Positions 10,383 through 24,613 of a stretch of 64,000 nt of DNA are shown in pieces. The position numbers and the translations under genes are program-made. Under the pieces are notes generated by a model. That model did no database searches. It was not told the origin of the DNA and saw only the letters and a list, made by a program, of their open reading frames with translations. Source of the DNA: Paraspadella gotoi (lineage: Eukaryota > Animalia > Chaetognatha); the NCBI GenBank assembly GCA_051294375.1, contig CM119264.1, positions 12,464,263 through 12,528,262 on the forward strand, written 5' to 3'. The first letter of the stretch is position 1. Each line of letters starts with the position of its first letter.

Positions 10383-11714
10383 GTATAAATGTCTAATAAA
10401 AAACCAATAGCAAAAAGTAATCTAACTTTGGCGTTACGAACACAAGACTAACATCCCTGGCTCTAGATTTGAAATGGAGGTTCGCCGCCCGATAGTTTCT
10501 ATGAGATCCGATTAAAAAGGGAGGCTGATTAATTTGTAAAAACTGTTTAATAACCTCGATTTTTGTACATTATTTCCCTTATTAGATATTTGTTTTGTCC
10601 AGAGGATATCGTATTTTTCAGAAAGTGTCAAGGAAAAAGATTACTTTTTTCGGTCCGGCAATAAAGTACTGTATCTGGTCGTGACCTGTTTCAAGACCAG
10701 ATTTCCAAAAAAAAAAATTAACTATTTCGTTCGTTTTAAGCTTGTGTTTATAAACGCTGTGATTATTTGTACCACGGTGACCCAATGAGCAATAAGGCGG
10801 GCCAAAATTGAACACTTTTTATAACTTTTAGTTCTTCTCAAAAACATTCCTTTTTTCCTTCTATTACTAAATCGATTTTCAATGTAATTTTTGAATTAGT
10901 TCATTGGGTTGTTGCACTGAAGCTTTAAATATTTATTAATATATAACAAATAACAAAATTTTTTAAAAAAAATTGTATTTTTAATAACGGATTCTTATAG
11001 AGCTTGAAAAGTTTAAATGAAGGTTAGTACTACAATTTTTAAAAATTTGACAATAAATTGGTTTAAAAAATAGAAAAAACCCTAAAAATCATCCATCATC
11101 ATATCATTGGCTGAATTTCATAGTTTTTTAAAAATTTTCATCAAAAACAACAAAAATTTTAAAAATTTGTATTAATAACCTTTATCTAACTTTTAAAGCC
11201 TCTATTAGAATCTATTAAAAAAAAATTTAAACTTTATTAGTAATAAAATAATCTTTAAATTGCTTTCGTGCGCTAATTAATAAGATAAATTTTAAAAATT
11301 ATTTTCATTTTCATTATCTCTAACAGTCACTTAACCGTTATTTATTTGAGAGACTTCTAGTTTTCAACCTGTTCCGGCCTAATGAGCAATGACCCATGGT
11401 CGATCGGCCCGTCCTTTGATTATAAACCATTAAATTAAATCCATTCTAAAATATAAAATGTTAAAATATTCATTAATAAACTTAATATTTAGATAAATTA
11501 ATCATAGTGTATTAAATGAGAGATAAATGAATCTAACATTTTATAACAATAAATATAATTAGATTAAGTAGAACAAGTAATATTGTACTTTTCATACGTA
11601 ATAGCAGTCAGACTAACGATTTATCAAATACCAGTAATTTTTTAGTTTAAGTGGTCTAATTTTTTATTAGCCATGTTTCGTGACAAACATATACCGAACA
11701 TATCCTTCAATGCA

Positions 11715-11946
11715 ATTTAAACATTCCTTGAAATATAATAAACTTTATTGAAAGGAAAGCCAGGTACTGTGGGAATTAATAAACGAGACTGAGAGAGTTT
11801 TGATCGAAAGCTTGCAGGGTCCTGCAAAGTAATCATCTTGTACGAGGGATAGAGGCCATAAACTACCATAGCCTGTTAGGTGAAGGATAGCTTATTTATT
11901 AAATAAATGGATGATTTTTTTTAATTTGTTGTACCAATTTCATAAC
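11715..11946 (+). repeat. Diverged dispersed copy of the 2861-3366 repeat family
   Basis: Shares AAACATTCYTTGAAATAT, AAGCCAGGT, GAGAGAGT..TGATYGAAAGCTTGCAG, GATAGCTTATTTATTAAAT and TTGTACCAATTTCATAAC. Confidence 0.8.
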
Positions 11947-13253
11947 GTTTAATCTTTATTTCGCTGAACTCTGAAGACGCATCGCTCCTAACTAAATTTA
12001 CATCGAAAAATACAGGTTTTAGTCACAACATCACATTATGAAGATACACACTTTAGTATTTTGCTACTACCAAATTTTCATATTTCTGGTACATCCAATA
12101 TAAAAATTATTCGTACACTATTATCTTGCCCCTAAGTTTGGACAGGCTATGCCATAGCCTCCATAGCCTATGGAGGATTTAAGCCTCCATCCCTTCGTAC
12201 TTCCTCTTGATTGTCAGTTATCACTAATCAGTTTGACTTGCGCCCTGAGATTTAGTATATAACAATTATTACTGCTATAGAAATTTAAAAAAAACTAATG
12301 ATTATATTTTATATATAATTAATGGAGGTCTCCACCTCAGCCAATCAGGAGTCTCAACACGATCTCAACGCAGCCAATCAGGTACCACAAACAAAAAAAA
12401 AAACCCTTAATGTCGACTTTCTATGTTCGCCGCGTAAAAGTGGCTTCATCTTTTGTAGCCGAAACAATGACGGCGTGCCTTGCAGGCTCTGAGCCTTTCT
12501 TGACCCGTTTCTGGTCAATTCATGAAGAAAGGAAAAGAAGTCATTAAAAACCGTTGCACCTGTGGCGTCTGTTACGTTTAAATCTACCTCAATAAAAAAT
12601 AAAAAACCCATACAGAATTCAATTGTAAGTCAATGAATGGTAAAATGTTATAAAATTTTATACATTAAAAGAACTGATTCAGATCGGGTCAAAAAATTGA
12701 GATAAACAAAATTTCTTAAATACTACATTATTATTAACCTGTACAGTATTTTTGGAGTTTCGCTTTCAAAGTCATGAATGAATACAATAGTCGGTCAGCC
12801 TTTCTTCTCTCGGAGAAAATCTTCCTCAAAGTGACCCCGAGAGAGTAGGTCACACTGGGTCACTCTCGGAAGCCTTTCGTCGTCATCTGTTGTTTGACGA
12901 ACTCCGGTCAATTTCCTCTCTGTCTCGAAGGTCGACTCTCACAATACTATTGTTTTTAATTGAAGACCCATATTTTTTAGAGAAATATCAAGAGAGCGAG
13001 AGAGGAAAAGAAAAAGAGAGTCGCCACGGAAGACCAAGAGAGAGAGGGAGAGATAGCTTTTGTTGCGCTCTCGGTGGTCAACGTATTTTCTAATGCCAGG
13101 TGTTTTTTCGGGCGCGGGTCAGGATATGCACTCGCCCTGGCTTCGCATTGTCCCTGGCCTTTCATTGTCCGTAGAACTCAATACTCCCTTACTTGACAGT
13201 CGCCCTGAAAAATAATTGTTTCCGTAAAAAAAAAAGGTTTTCTTTTTTATTTT

Positions 13254-13254
<1 letters not shown>

Positions 13255-13325
<71 letters not shown>
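13255..13325. repeat. (AAT)n microsatellite
   Basis: Perfect ATAATA... run. Confidence 0.95.
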
Positions 13326-13328
<3 letters not shown>

Positions 13329-14070
13329 CTAGCATTTATTATTTTATCTGGTTTGAGTCGAAAACAACAACTAAATAACTGAAAAACATTCGTTTTTTCT
13401 CACATGGATTAGTTCGCACTGGGGGGGGGGTGAGCAGATCTCTCCTCTCTCTCTCTCTCTCTTATTGTTTTCTCAAAAAATTTTTTTTTTTAAATTCTTT
13501 AGATTTTTTTCTGCAAACGATATGAAAATACATATAATTTTTTTTTGCTTTTGCATAGATTTACTCAAAGAAATATCTATTTAATTGTTTCTTATTAATT
13601 TTACTGAATTCTGATATCTGGTTTATCAACTTTATGAAATTAGTCTGGCGACCGGAATTGACCTCAGTCACTCGTCGTTAGGGCCAAACTTTGTCTATGG
13701 AGTGGGTCAGAAGTTTGATTTGGGAACCTTCCCAAATGAAACTTCATACATTTCTGGACCAAAATTTTCTAAAATGGCTAGAAGCATTAGTAATTAATTT
13801 TTAAATATTTATTTATAGATAGGAAATGTCAAAATTTTTTTGAATTTTTTATTTTTAAAATCAGATTCAGATAGCTTATAAAAAGTTGTCTACACTCAAT
13901 ATTTTGATGATAAGTGGGTCAAAATTGGGAAAAACCTAAAAATTATCTACATCATCATCATCCAATAATTTTAATAGTTTTTTCATATTCAAGTAATCCT
14001 TTCTGTTTCGTTGTTAGTAGTGATTAGAGAATTGACAAAGTTTTTGTTTGCAACGAATTTTATTTATATT

Positions 14071-14118
14071 AGAACTGACATGTTTCGACTTGTTTTACAA
14101 GCCTTCATCAGCGTTTTG
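14071..14118 (-). ncRNA. Minimal type-I hammerhead ribozyme motif (Penelope-like-element type)
   Basis: Minus strand: aaaacg CTGATGA a GGCTTGT-aaa-ACAAGTC GAAA CATG TC agttct. It has core boxes CUGANGA and GAAA, a 7-bp helix II, a palindromic ACAUGU helix III, a GUC cleavage triplet and AATAAA just downstream. Helix I is imperfect. Confidence 0.75.
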
Positions 14119-14147
14119 ACAGATTGGTTTGAAATTTGTGCATAAGA

Positions 14148-14249
<102 letters not shown>

Positions 14250-15591
14250 GAGTAAAAGTTTTCCAACAAAGTGGTGAGACAGAATAGTGGTCAGATGAGA
14301 GGACAGGTCAAGGTGAGGACAGATTGAATAAGTTGTGAAAAAGAAGTGAAACTTAGAGAGAGAGAGAGAGAGAGAGAGAACAGGGATAAATAAATAATAA
14401 ATGATACATTGTGCAATGTACAACAAAGATAAATGCTGTGAAAAAAACTAAAGTTAGTGAAATTTAACCATTATCTAATGGATAAATAGTTAACTAAGGG
14501 ATAGAAAGTGAAAAATGAAATGAAATTTGTGAAAAATGAAATGTGAGAATTTTTAAGAGTTAAGTAAGTGATTAAAATGAAATTTAAGGAGTAAGAAAGA
14601 GCTCAAAATGAGCTGGCCCCCCCTTGGTTTTTGCAAATGAAAGGCATGGACGATGGTGACGGGTCATTGGCGCGTCAGTGGCTGAGAGGAGAGTGCGCCT
14701 GAACCGGTAAATTCTGCACCGGGGATTGTACCAGGCGGAAAAATTCCCAATGCCACTCTTATGTCTCTCTGACCTGATACGCCTGCCGGCTGCCCTCTTC
14801 TCGCCTGCTGGCGAGGCGGGCGATTGTCCATTCTTGCCGCTTTTGCGAGAGGAATGATTGACTCCTCTCCTTCCTCCTGAAGCCGTCGTTTTGGGCGGCG
14901 CTCAGTCCACAGAGAGAGGGGCTGAGTTGCTGCATTTGAAGGAGAGGCATCGTTTGCCCATTGCCTGCGTAAGGGTCTCCGCCTGTCTCGTTGAGTGGAG
15001 ACAGGGGAATCATTGTGCGGGCGTGGTGGCGGCGCGGCCTCCACCACGCTTTTGATAAAATTTAATCTAAAATTTAATCTAAATCTATCTATCCAATTAT
15101 GATTAATTCGATTAATTATGGATTAAAATTATTAAAAAGATTGAAATAAAAGTGACTTATGTTTTTTTCCGTCTAAACTCAATTCCACTCGCACGATTCC
15201 AACTTTATATCCAGCTTCATCACACACTTTCCTACCGACACACAAAATTTAATCTCAATCTAACCATCCAATTATGATTAATTCGAGTAATTGTGGGTTA
15301 AAATTAGTAAAAAAGATTTAAGTTAATGTGACTTTTGTTTTTTCCATTTAAACTCATTTCCACTCGCACGATTTCATCGAAACTTTATATCCAGCTCAAT
15401 CACACACTTTCCTACCCACACAAAATTTCATTCCAATGCATCCATCCAATCACGAGTAATTGGAGTTTTTTGCTAAGGGGGGACGGACGGACGGACGGAT
15501 AATATGATGTTCTGATGTGATAAAAATGATTTACCGACAAGATTTAGGGGTGGGACCGACGGACCGACAAAGTGAATTATAGAGTCGGAAT

Positions 15592-16507
15592 CTCTGGTGC
15601 CAACTCTGACGAAACCAAAATAGCTAGACACAGCCTGAATACGAGCTAAAAATAGCCAAATTTTTTTGACAGATTGCTAAAAAAAATAACTAGATTTTTC
15701 TCGGCTTAATTGTTATTTTACATGAGAAATTATCGTCTATAGAGCAAAATAGCATGATTTTGTTTACTATTTTAATCTATGAAAGTTAAAAAAAAGTTTA
15801 AAAAAGTAAGAACAGTTAGTGAGTGATAAAAACGCGTTCTTGAAAAAATTTCTCTACATCTAATAAAACTTGTATTATTTCTTCATCCTCATCTAACTCC
15901 TGCTGTTGCATTAGGGTTGAGTTTTGTGTCTTTTTGTGATCATACATTGACTGATTGAAGTTATCCATCATTAGTGGCAGTGGCTTAAAGGTAGCACAGG
16001 ACTGGCCATTCCCCCTCAGGCCTTGGCGTGTCAATAAGATGGCCTCTACTCCTGAAATAGCAAACGAGTTGCGTTGTTTATTTTTAACAACGCCAATGAT
16101 GCTTTAAATTTTTTCAACAGTAGCATTGAAAATAGGTAGACAAAGAAGAAATCCCGCTAGCGTTGTTAATACTGGGAAAAGTTTTTCATCTCCAATTTTT
16201 ACTTTTGCAACTGCAGACCAATAGTCCAGCATTGGAGTGAGTGAGTGAGCAGTGTGACGGAGTTGACGCATTGAAATTGAGGCGAGGAAAACGAGATATA
16301 TGTTGTAAAAATGAACAAGTGAACAGTATTTCAGCAGGAAAACATTCTATTCACAAAATAAACAGTTACAAATTAATAATGATTTAATTTTTTTCCCTCT
16401 CATGAAATAGCTAGATTATGCGCTTGATGCTAAATATGATTTTTACTAGCTGAACGACTCAAAATATAGCCAGATCTAGCTTCGAGATTGCTAAGTTGGA
16501 AACAGAG
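15592..16507 (-). mobile_element. Internally deleted hAT DNA transposon (916 bp)
   Basis: Imperfect 14-bp TIRs CTCTGGTGCCAACT / AGTTGGAAACAGAG; exact 8-bp TSD GTCGGAAT at 15584-15591 and 16508-16515; AAATAGCTAG subterminal repeats at both ends; carries a transposase C-terminal remnant. Confidence 0.9.
15816..16235 (-). pseudogene. hAT transposase C-terminal dimerization-domain remnant
   Basis: Translates PMLDYWSAVAKVKIGDEKLFPVLTTLAGFLLCLPIFNATVEKI*SIIGVVKNKQRNSFAISGVEAILLTRQGL...CATFKP, matching the hATC pattern (W...FP.L..LA..L.LP.SNA.VER.FS....K...RN). In-frame TAA at 16104-16106. Confidence 0.85.
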
Positions 16508-16550
16508 GTCGGAATCTGCTGATAAGCAGATGCGCACTAAAAACGTTGAG

Positions 16551-16700
16551 TTTTAGTTGCTCCCCGATTACTCGCGGAGCAACCTTTTTCAAATGAAGCT
16601 TCCACTTTTTTTCGGGGGTTCCGGGGGTCGTCGTCGGTCGGTCATTCGGTCGGTCAGTCGGATACTTTTGTTCAAGCACAGAAAAAAACCTCAAATCTAA
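16551..16700. mobile_element. Second HINE-like end (hairpin plus GTCG microsatellite)
   Basis: TTTTAGTTGCTCC-ccgattactcgc-GGAGCAAC hairpin followed by (GTCG/GTCA)n, oriented tail-to-tail with the preceding element. Confidence 0.4.
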
Positions 16701-18580
16701 GGGACTGCTAGCGCCGCCTTCAGGTAATCCTTAAACTATAAAGAATAAAAGACGGATTACGATGCAGGGCGTGTCATTTTACGAGAAATACACGTAAAAA
16801 TAAAGTCACATTGGCTGGAAATGTCCGAGGGGAAAAAATGTGAAACTTCCCTTCCGATGACGCTTCCTTCAACTGATGTGAATAACTGTCATATTTTTTT
16901 TTTTAAATGCTTCTTTTCCTATTTGAAACGAGTGCTTGCCACATAATAGCGATTTCAGATTCACACTTTTCACAATTTTCACAATTTTAATCAATTCTCT
17001 TCAACGTCACTCACTTTTCTGTCAACTCGTTCAACTTCGAATTAAATTTAAAAGATGAAAAGGAATTTGACGCTAAGCAAAGGATAAGATATTCATGAAA
17101 AATTACCGTCAGACCAAACTAAGTCTAAAGTCAGGGAGTAGATAGCTTATTTATTGTACCAATTTCATACACGTTGATCCTTCCTGAGGCGGTGAATTGA
17201 CTTTATCATTATTTTTTGGAAAAGATCTCTTATCCCCGTCGGTCGCGATTATTCTCGTCTCTCTTTTTGATGTCATCTTTGGTTGTCTCGTCTCCTCGTT
17301 ATGAACAAGAATGGATGACGCGAATGCTCAAATCGACTTTGCCCATAGATTTCGTTCATAGGCTCACGTCGCAGATTTTCACTGATGCGAGAATTCAGGA
17401 ATCACTTCTTTCATCAGTGACAAGTTACTTTGTGAAGCCGAATACCGTTCATCCCCCAAATGTTTTGCTTCTCTACCTCCCTTTCTGTTTTTCTCTTACT
17501 CTCTCTCTCTTCTCTCTCTCTCTTCCCTCTCTCTCTCTCTCTCTCACTCTCTCTCTCTTCTCTCTCTCTCTGTCTCACGAAAATTTTAGAAACTTTTCCA
17601 AGGGACTTGCTGAAAACAAGCCCGTTTCCAAGGAAAAGTTGAAACTAATAGACAAGGCCGCAATCCAACATGAGTAAATTTTCCGAGTGAAACTTCCATC
17701 CAATCATTACGAAATTAAGTAAATCGTAATCCGACCGATCTATTCATCTGTCCGTTTATATATATTTCGTTTCATCTCCTTTCTCAATCTATTTTTTTTT
17801 TCAATCTTTCATCCAATGTATCCATTCTTTTTTTTTTTCATTTTCTCCCATCCTATCATTTTTTTCCTTTCCTCATTTTAATCTCCTCTCAATTTCTTCC
17901 CCTTTTTCAATCTCCCTTTCCTCCGATTCTCCTCCNNNNNNNNNNNNNNNNNNNNNNNNNAGATCCTCGAACCGCAAAAGCAAGAAAATAACATCTTTTT
18001 AAATTCTTTAGATTTTTTCTGCAAACGATATGAAAATACATATAATTTTTTTTGCTTTTGCATAGATTTACTCCAAAGAAATATCTATTTTAATTGTTTC
18101 TTTATTAATTTTACTGAATCTGATATTCTGGTTTATCAACTTTTATGAAATTAGTCTGGGCGACCGGAATTGACCTCAGTCACTCGTCGTTAGGGCCAAA
18201 CTTTGTCTATGGAGTGCGGTCCAGAAGTTTTGATTTGGGAACCTTCCCAATGAAACTTCATACATTTCTGAGAACCAAATTTCTTAAAAATGGCTAGAAG
18301 CATTAGTAATTAATTTTTAAATATTTATTTATAGATAGGAAATGTCAAAATTTTTTTGAATTTTATTTTAAAATCAGATTCAGATAGCTATAAAAGTTGT
18401 CTACACTCAATTTTGATGATAAGTGGGCAAATTGTGAAAAAACTAAAAATTATCTACATCATCATCATCAATAATTTTAATAGTTTTTTCATATTCAAGT
18501 AATCCTTTCTGCTTTTCGTTGTTAGTAGTGATTAGAGAATTGACCAAAGTTTTTGTTTTGCACGAATTTTATTTATATTA

Positions 18581-18630
18581 GGAACTGACATGTTTTCGAC
18601 TTGTTTTACAAGCCTTCATCAGCGTTTTGA
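18581..18630 (-). ncRNA. Hammerhead motif, copy 2
   Basis: Same as 14071-14118 with one extra A after GAAA (probable sequencing indel). Confidence 0.6.
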
Positions 18631-20100
18631 CAGATTGGTTTGAAATTTGTGCATAAAAGAAGAGATCGCAGGCGGGAAGGAGATGAGACGAGACGAGGGA
18701 CAGAGAGAGAAGAGAGATTAGAGGTTAAAAGATTCTTCCAAACAAGAAGGCGTGCCCTCGCTGAGAAGTGGGGGTGAGAGCAGAATAACAGGTCAGATGA
18801 AGGAGGAGTTACAGGGTCATAGGTGAAGGACAGAGTGAATAAGTTTGTGAAAAAGAAGTGACTTGTAGAGAGAAGAGAGAAGAGAGAGAGAGAACAGGAA
18901 AATAAATAATAAATGATACATTGTGCAATTACAACAAGATAAATGCTGTGAAAAAAACTAAAGTTAGTGAAAATTTAACCATTATCTATGATAAATAGTT
19001 AACTAAGGATAGAAAGTGAAAAATGAAATGAAATTTGTGAAAAATGAAATGTGAGAATTTTTAAGAGTTAAGTAAGTGATTAAAATGAAATTTAAGGAGT
19101 AAGAAAGAGCTCAAATGAGCTGGCCCCCCTTGGTTTTTGCAAATGAAAGGCATGGAGCGATGTGTGACGGTCCATTTGGCGCGTCAGTGGCTGAGAGGAG
19201 AGTGCGCCTGAACCGGTAAATTCTGCACCGGGGATTGTACCAGGCGCGAAAAATTCCCAATGCCACTCTTATGTCTCTCTGACCTGATACGCCTGGCCGG
19301 CTGCCTCTTTCTCGCCTGCTGGCAGGCGGGCGATTGTCCTATCTTGCCGCTTTTGCCGAGAGGAATGATTGACTCTCTCCTTCCTCCTGAAGCCTTCGTT
19401 TGGGCGGCGCTCAGTCCACAGAGAGGGGCGTGAGTTGCTGCATTTGAAGAGAATGGCATCGTTTGCCCATTGCCTGCGTAAGGGCTCCGCCTGTCTCGTT
19501 GAGTGGAGACAGGGGAATCATGTGCGGCGCCCTGGTGGCGGCGCGCCTCCACCACGCTTTTTTTGATAAATTTAATCTAAAATTTAATCTAAATCTATCT
19601 ATCCAATTATGATTAATTCGATTAATATGGATTAAAATATTAAAAAGATTGAAATAAAGTGACTTATGTTTTTTTCCGTCTAAACTCAATTCTCACTCGC
19701 ACGATTCCAACTTTATATCCAGCTTCATCACACACTTTCCCTACCGACACACAAATTTAATCTCAATCTAACCATCCAATATGATTTAATTCGAGTAATT
19801 GTGGGTTAAAATTAGTAAAAAAGATTTAAGTTAATGTGACTTTTGTTTTTTTCCATTTAAACTCATTTTCCACTCGCACGATTTCATCGAAACTTTATAT
19901 CCAGCTCAATCACACACTTTTCCTACCCACACAAATTTCATTCCAATGCATCCATCCAATCACGAGTAATTGGAGTTTTTGCTAAGGGGGACGGACGGAC
20001 GGACGGATAATATGATGTTCTGATGTGATAAAAATGATTTACCGACAAGATTTAGGGGTGGGACCGACGGACCGACAAAGTGAATTTATAGAGTCGGAAT

Positions 20101-21022
20101 CTCTGGTGCCAACTCTGACGAAACCAAAAATAGCTAGACACAGCCTGAATACGAGCTAAAAATAGCCAATTTTTTTGACAGATTGCTAAAAAAAATAACT
20201 AGATTTTTCTCGGCCTTAATTGTTATTTTACATGAGAAATTATCGTCTATAGAGCAAAAATAGCATGATTTTGTTTACTATTTTAATCTATGAAAGTTAA
20301 AAAAAAGTTTAAAAAAGTAAGAACAGTTAGTGAGTGATAAAAACGCGTTCTTGAAAAAATTTCTCTACATCTAATAAAACTTGTATTATTTCTTCATCCT
20401 CATCTAACTCCTGCTGTTTGCATTAGGGTTGAGTTTTGTGTCTTTTGTGATCATACATTGACTGATTGAAGTTATCCATCATTAGTGGCAGTGGCTTAAA
20501 GTAGCACAGACTGGCCATTCCCCCTCAGGCCTTGGCGTGTCAATAAGATGGCCTCTACTCCTGAAATAGCAAACGAGTTGCGTTGTTTATTTTTAACGAC
20601 GCCAATGATGCTTTAAATTTTTTCAACAGTAGCATGGAAATAGGTAGACAAAGAAGAAATCCCGCTTGCGTTGTTAATACTGGGAAAAGTTTTCATCTCC
20701 AATTTTTACTTTGCAACTTGCAGACAATAGTCCAGCATTGGAGTGAGTGGAGTGAGCAGTGTGACGGAGTTTGACGCATTGAAATTGAGGGGGGAAGACG
20801 AGAATATTATGTTTGTAAAAATGAACAGGAACACTGAACAGTATTTCAGCAGAAACATTCTATTCACAAAATAAACAGTTTACAAATTAATAATGATTTA
20901 ATTTTTTTCCTCTCCATGCAAATAGCTAGATTATGCGCTCGATGCTAAATATGATTTTTTACTAGCTGAACGACTCAAAATATAGCCAGATCTAGCTTCG
21001 AATTGCTAAGTTGGAAACAGAG
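20101..21022 (-). mobile_element. hAT element, copy 2
   Basis: Same TIRs; GTCGGAAT TSD at 20093-20100 and 21023-21030. Confidence 0.85.
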
Positions 21023-22352
21023 GTCGGAATCTGCTGATAAGTTTGTTAGTTGCTCCCCGCGATTACTCGCGGAGCAACTCAAATGAGTCATTTTCGGTCG
21101 CCGTCGTCGTCGGTCGGTCATTCGGTCGGTCAGTCGATATTTTGTTAAGACAGAAAAAAACCTCAAAATCTAAGGACTGCTAGCGCCGCCTTCAGGTAAT
21201 CCTTAAACTATAAAGAATAAAAGACGGATTACGATGCAGGGCGTGTCATTTTACGAGAAATACACGTAAAAATAAAGTCACATTGGCTGGAAATGTCCGA
21301 GGGGAAAAAATGTTGAAACTTCCCTCTCGATGACGCTTGCTTCAACTGATGTGAATAACTGTTTCATTATTTTTTTTTTTTTAAATGCTTCTTTCCTATT
21401 TGAAACGAGTGCTTGCCACATAATAGCGATTTCAGATTCACACTTTTTCACAATTTTCACAATTTTAATCAATTCTCTTCAACGTCACTCACTTCTGTCA
21501 ACTCGTCAACTTCGAATTAAATTTAAAGATGAAAAGGAATTTGACGCTAAGCAAAGGATAATATATTCATGAAAAATTACCGTCAGACCAAACTAAGTCT
21601 AAAGTCAGGAGTAGATAGCTTATTTATTGTACCAATTTCATACACGTTGATCCTTCCTGAGGCGGTGAATTGACATTATCATTATTTTTTGGAAAGATCT
21701 CTTATCCCCGTCGTCGCGATTATTCTCGTCTCTCTGATGTCATCTTTGGTCCCTGAAATTCTGAGAAGATTGATTATATTGACTTTTAAGATGAGGATGC
21801 CTTTTCCAAAAGTCTCATAAAAAAATATATGTTATACGTATGTTACTCGCCTCGATTAAAAGATATATCGTCAAGCTCACCGCCGCTCCTACTAGGAAGA
21901 ATCTTAATGAATCAAATCAGAACTGGTGATGCGTTCGTATGACTATGAGCGAAATTGAGATATGATGTACAATAAATTAAATGGCCCCTATTCCCTAAAC
22001 TTCCCCCGAGCATATAGGTACTTAGTCGCGTGCCCATTATAGCTGACTTTCGTCGTAATTTCTCCTATCAGGCTCACGTATAACTCTCGTCTAAGTCCGG
22101 CTATTTGCGACGTCATATAATCTCGCGCATCTTCCATGATCTCTTAGTGTAAAATCACTCAATCCGAAGTTACCGATCTGAACGTGACAAGAAATGTATA
22201 CTTTTGTGAGAGACCGAATACCCGTCTCATCCCCCAAATGTTTGCTATCTCCCTCCCTTTCTGTATTTCTCTTGAGCGTCTCATCTCTCTCTCTCTCCGA
22301 TCTCTCTTCTACATGACGGTACTCTCATCTGCATGTCTCTCTCTCTACTAAC

Positions 22353-22383
<31 letters not shown>

Positions 22384-23196
22384 ACGAAGAAATTAATAAG
22401 AATATCTGATCACAAGATGGGGAACTTAGCATCCGGAAAACAAATAGCCGTATTCCTATATGAGAAAAGTCCTAGAGAACCACTCTAAAGTCGAACAAAG
22501 GCCTGCAAAGTCCGAACAAAGAAGACTCGTAATAAATATAATACCGACGTGAAAATACTTTTCGACCAGTACATTCTCACTCAAGTGCGACATTACAGAG
22601 AGGATTCAAGTAAGCGATTTCGTACCTCCCGGACCAGGATGTCATAAGTCATCTCTAGCTCACGTATTATGTACTACTCATTCTCGGAGCATTTCCACTT
22701 CTCCAGTTCTCATATCAGGTGATACTCTATTTTGTATTCTCGAATCTGTTCATCCCTAATGTCTATCCATTCTTTTTTCAGATTCTCTCCTCCATTCTCA
22801 TGATAATGACATTTTTATATCCGCCTTTCCTCATTAATCTGCACCTCTCTAACGCTAATCCTGTTCCCCCTATATCCTAATTCTCTATGTTAAGACCTTT
22901 CCTCCCGATTCTGCCTCCCACTTTCCGTTACGCCCCCCCGCTCCTCCGCCAAATGCCTCCAAAACGCCCAACTCCTGCATCCGGGACCTGGCTGCTTTCA
23001 AAGGCCTTTCAAGATCCCTCTTCGATAGGCCGAGGAAGAGTAAAAAAACCGAACCTCTATAATCTATCAAACCACTTAGCGGAATCTCTAAGCAAGGAGT
23101 GAGTGTGGTGAACGCACATCTTCTACGTCCTGTCCGTCTCGCAACTATCGCACATTCTACCTATTATTATTATATCGTCCTGAACTAACGGCATCT

Positions 23197-23235
<39 letters not shown>

Positions 23236-23243
23236 CTCCTCTC

Positions 23244-23295
<52 letters not shown>

Positions 23296-24375
23296 GCATT
23301 GAGGCTCGCCGCGCCCCCGCCTGATCAGCCCCACACTGGCATCGGATGATGATCTATGAGAAGGAACCAGTTCGCTGGTTTTACGGCAAAGGGAAATTCG
23401 CTCCTTGGTCTGAGTTTTAATGCCGCTGCGACGCTCTGAGCTGCGGCTGCGGCCGCGACTGCGCGAGCTACCGCCTTCGATGCGACGGACTTTTGCTGCA
23501 GCTCAGCACTCGGCAGCCGTTCAATGAAGATTCCAAATAAACTGAAGAACCGGAAGTTGTTGCATCAAACATTTTTTGTCAAAAACATCTGAGGAAAAGT
23601 AGGAATATATTGACTAAAAGAATAAGAAAGAAATACTATATAAAAAGAAGAGAATGAATAAATGGATGGATGGATAGATGCGAAGAGAAAAGAAGAGAAG
23701 AGAAGAGAAGAGAAGAGAAGAGAAGAGAAAAGAGAAAGCAAATAAATGTTTCCTATTCCGTCATATTTTTCACTCGGGTCTTAATGACATCGTCATATCC
23801 GATGAAAGAATTTTATCGGAATTTGCCCGGTGAGATTATTAGGCCTAATGTTTCCTCCTCAAAATTGCGAATTATGTCGCGGGGTGGGACCCAATTATAT
23901 GAATGTGTGTGNNNNNNNNNNNNNNNNNNNNNNNNNATGAGCCTCAGTCACTCGTCGTTAGGGCCAAACTTTGTCAATTTGGTGGGTCAGAAGTTTTGAT
24001 TTGGGAACCTTCCCAAATGAAACTTCATACATTTCTGAGTAAACTTTCAATGGACAAAATTTCAAAATGGCTAGAAGCAGTTAGTAATTAATTTTTTAAT
24101 ATTTATTTATAGATAGGAAATGTCAAAATTTTTTTTGATTTGTATATTTTAAAATCAGATTCAGATAGCTTATAAAAGTTGTCTACACATAATTCTTTTT
24201 CATATTTTGATGATAAGTGGGTCAAAATTGGGGAAAAAACTAAAAAAATTATCTTCATTCATCATCATCCGATAATTTTAATAGTTTTTTTCATATTGAA
24301 GTAATCCTTTCTTTTCGTTGTTAGTAGTGATAGAGAATTGACAAAGTTTTTGTTTTCACGAATTTATTTATAAAT

Positions 24376-24422
24376 TGAACCGACATATTTCGACTTGTTT
24401 TACAGCCTTCATCCAGCGTTTT
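24376..24422 (-). ncRNA. Hammerhead motif, copy 3 (degenerate)
   Basis: Minus strand CTGGATGAAGGCTGTAAAACAAGTCGAAATATGTCGG; indels in the core. Confidence 0.5.
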
Positions 24423-24581
24423 GACAGATGGTTTGAAATTTGTGCATAAGAAGGGAGAGAGAGAGAGAGAGAGAGAATAGGGTAAAGTTTTCCAACAAAG
24501 TGGGTGAGACAGAATAGTGTCAGATGAAGGACAGGTCAAGGTGAGGACAGATGAATAAGTTGTGAAAAAGAAGTGAAACTT

Positions 24582-24613
<32 letters not shown>

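Larger units (their letters stand above)
15060..16542 (+). mobile_element. Helentron-associated (HINE/DINE-1-like) non-autonomous repeat interrupted by a hAT insertion
   Basis: Internal ~180-bp tandem duplication and (GGAC)n microsatellite, then GACCGACAAAGTGAATTATAGAGTCG. Removing the hAT and one TSD restores a terminal hairpin GTCGGAATCTGCT-GATA-AGCAGATGCGCACTAAAAA. The 5' boundary is approximate. Confidence 0.5.

Noticed and set aside
12378-12611. Possible exon (also 61631-61816 / 48290-48430, LEAESIRCLSESITAEIKEIKSY...)
   Set aside because: No recognisable motif and no convincing pair of splice sites; for the second candidate the frame is not preserved between the duplicate copies.
21750-23200. 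Apparently unique sequence with ORFs 22885-23102
   Set aside because: It is an insertion-laden noisy version of 17260-17935 and 27400-28260, consistent with uncorrected long-read sequence.
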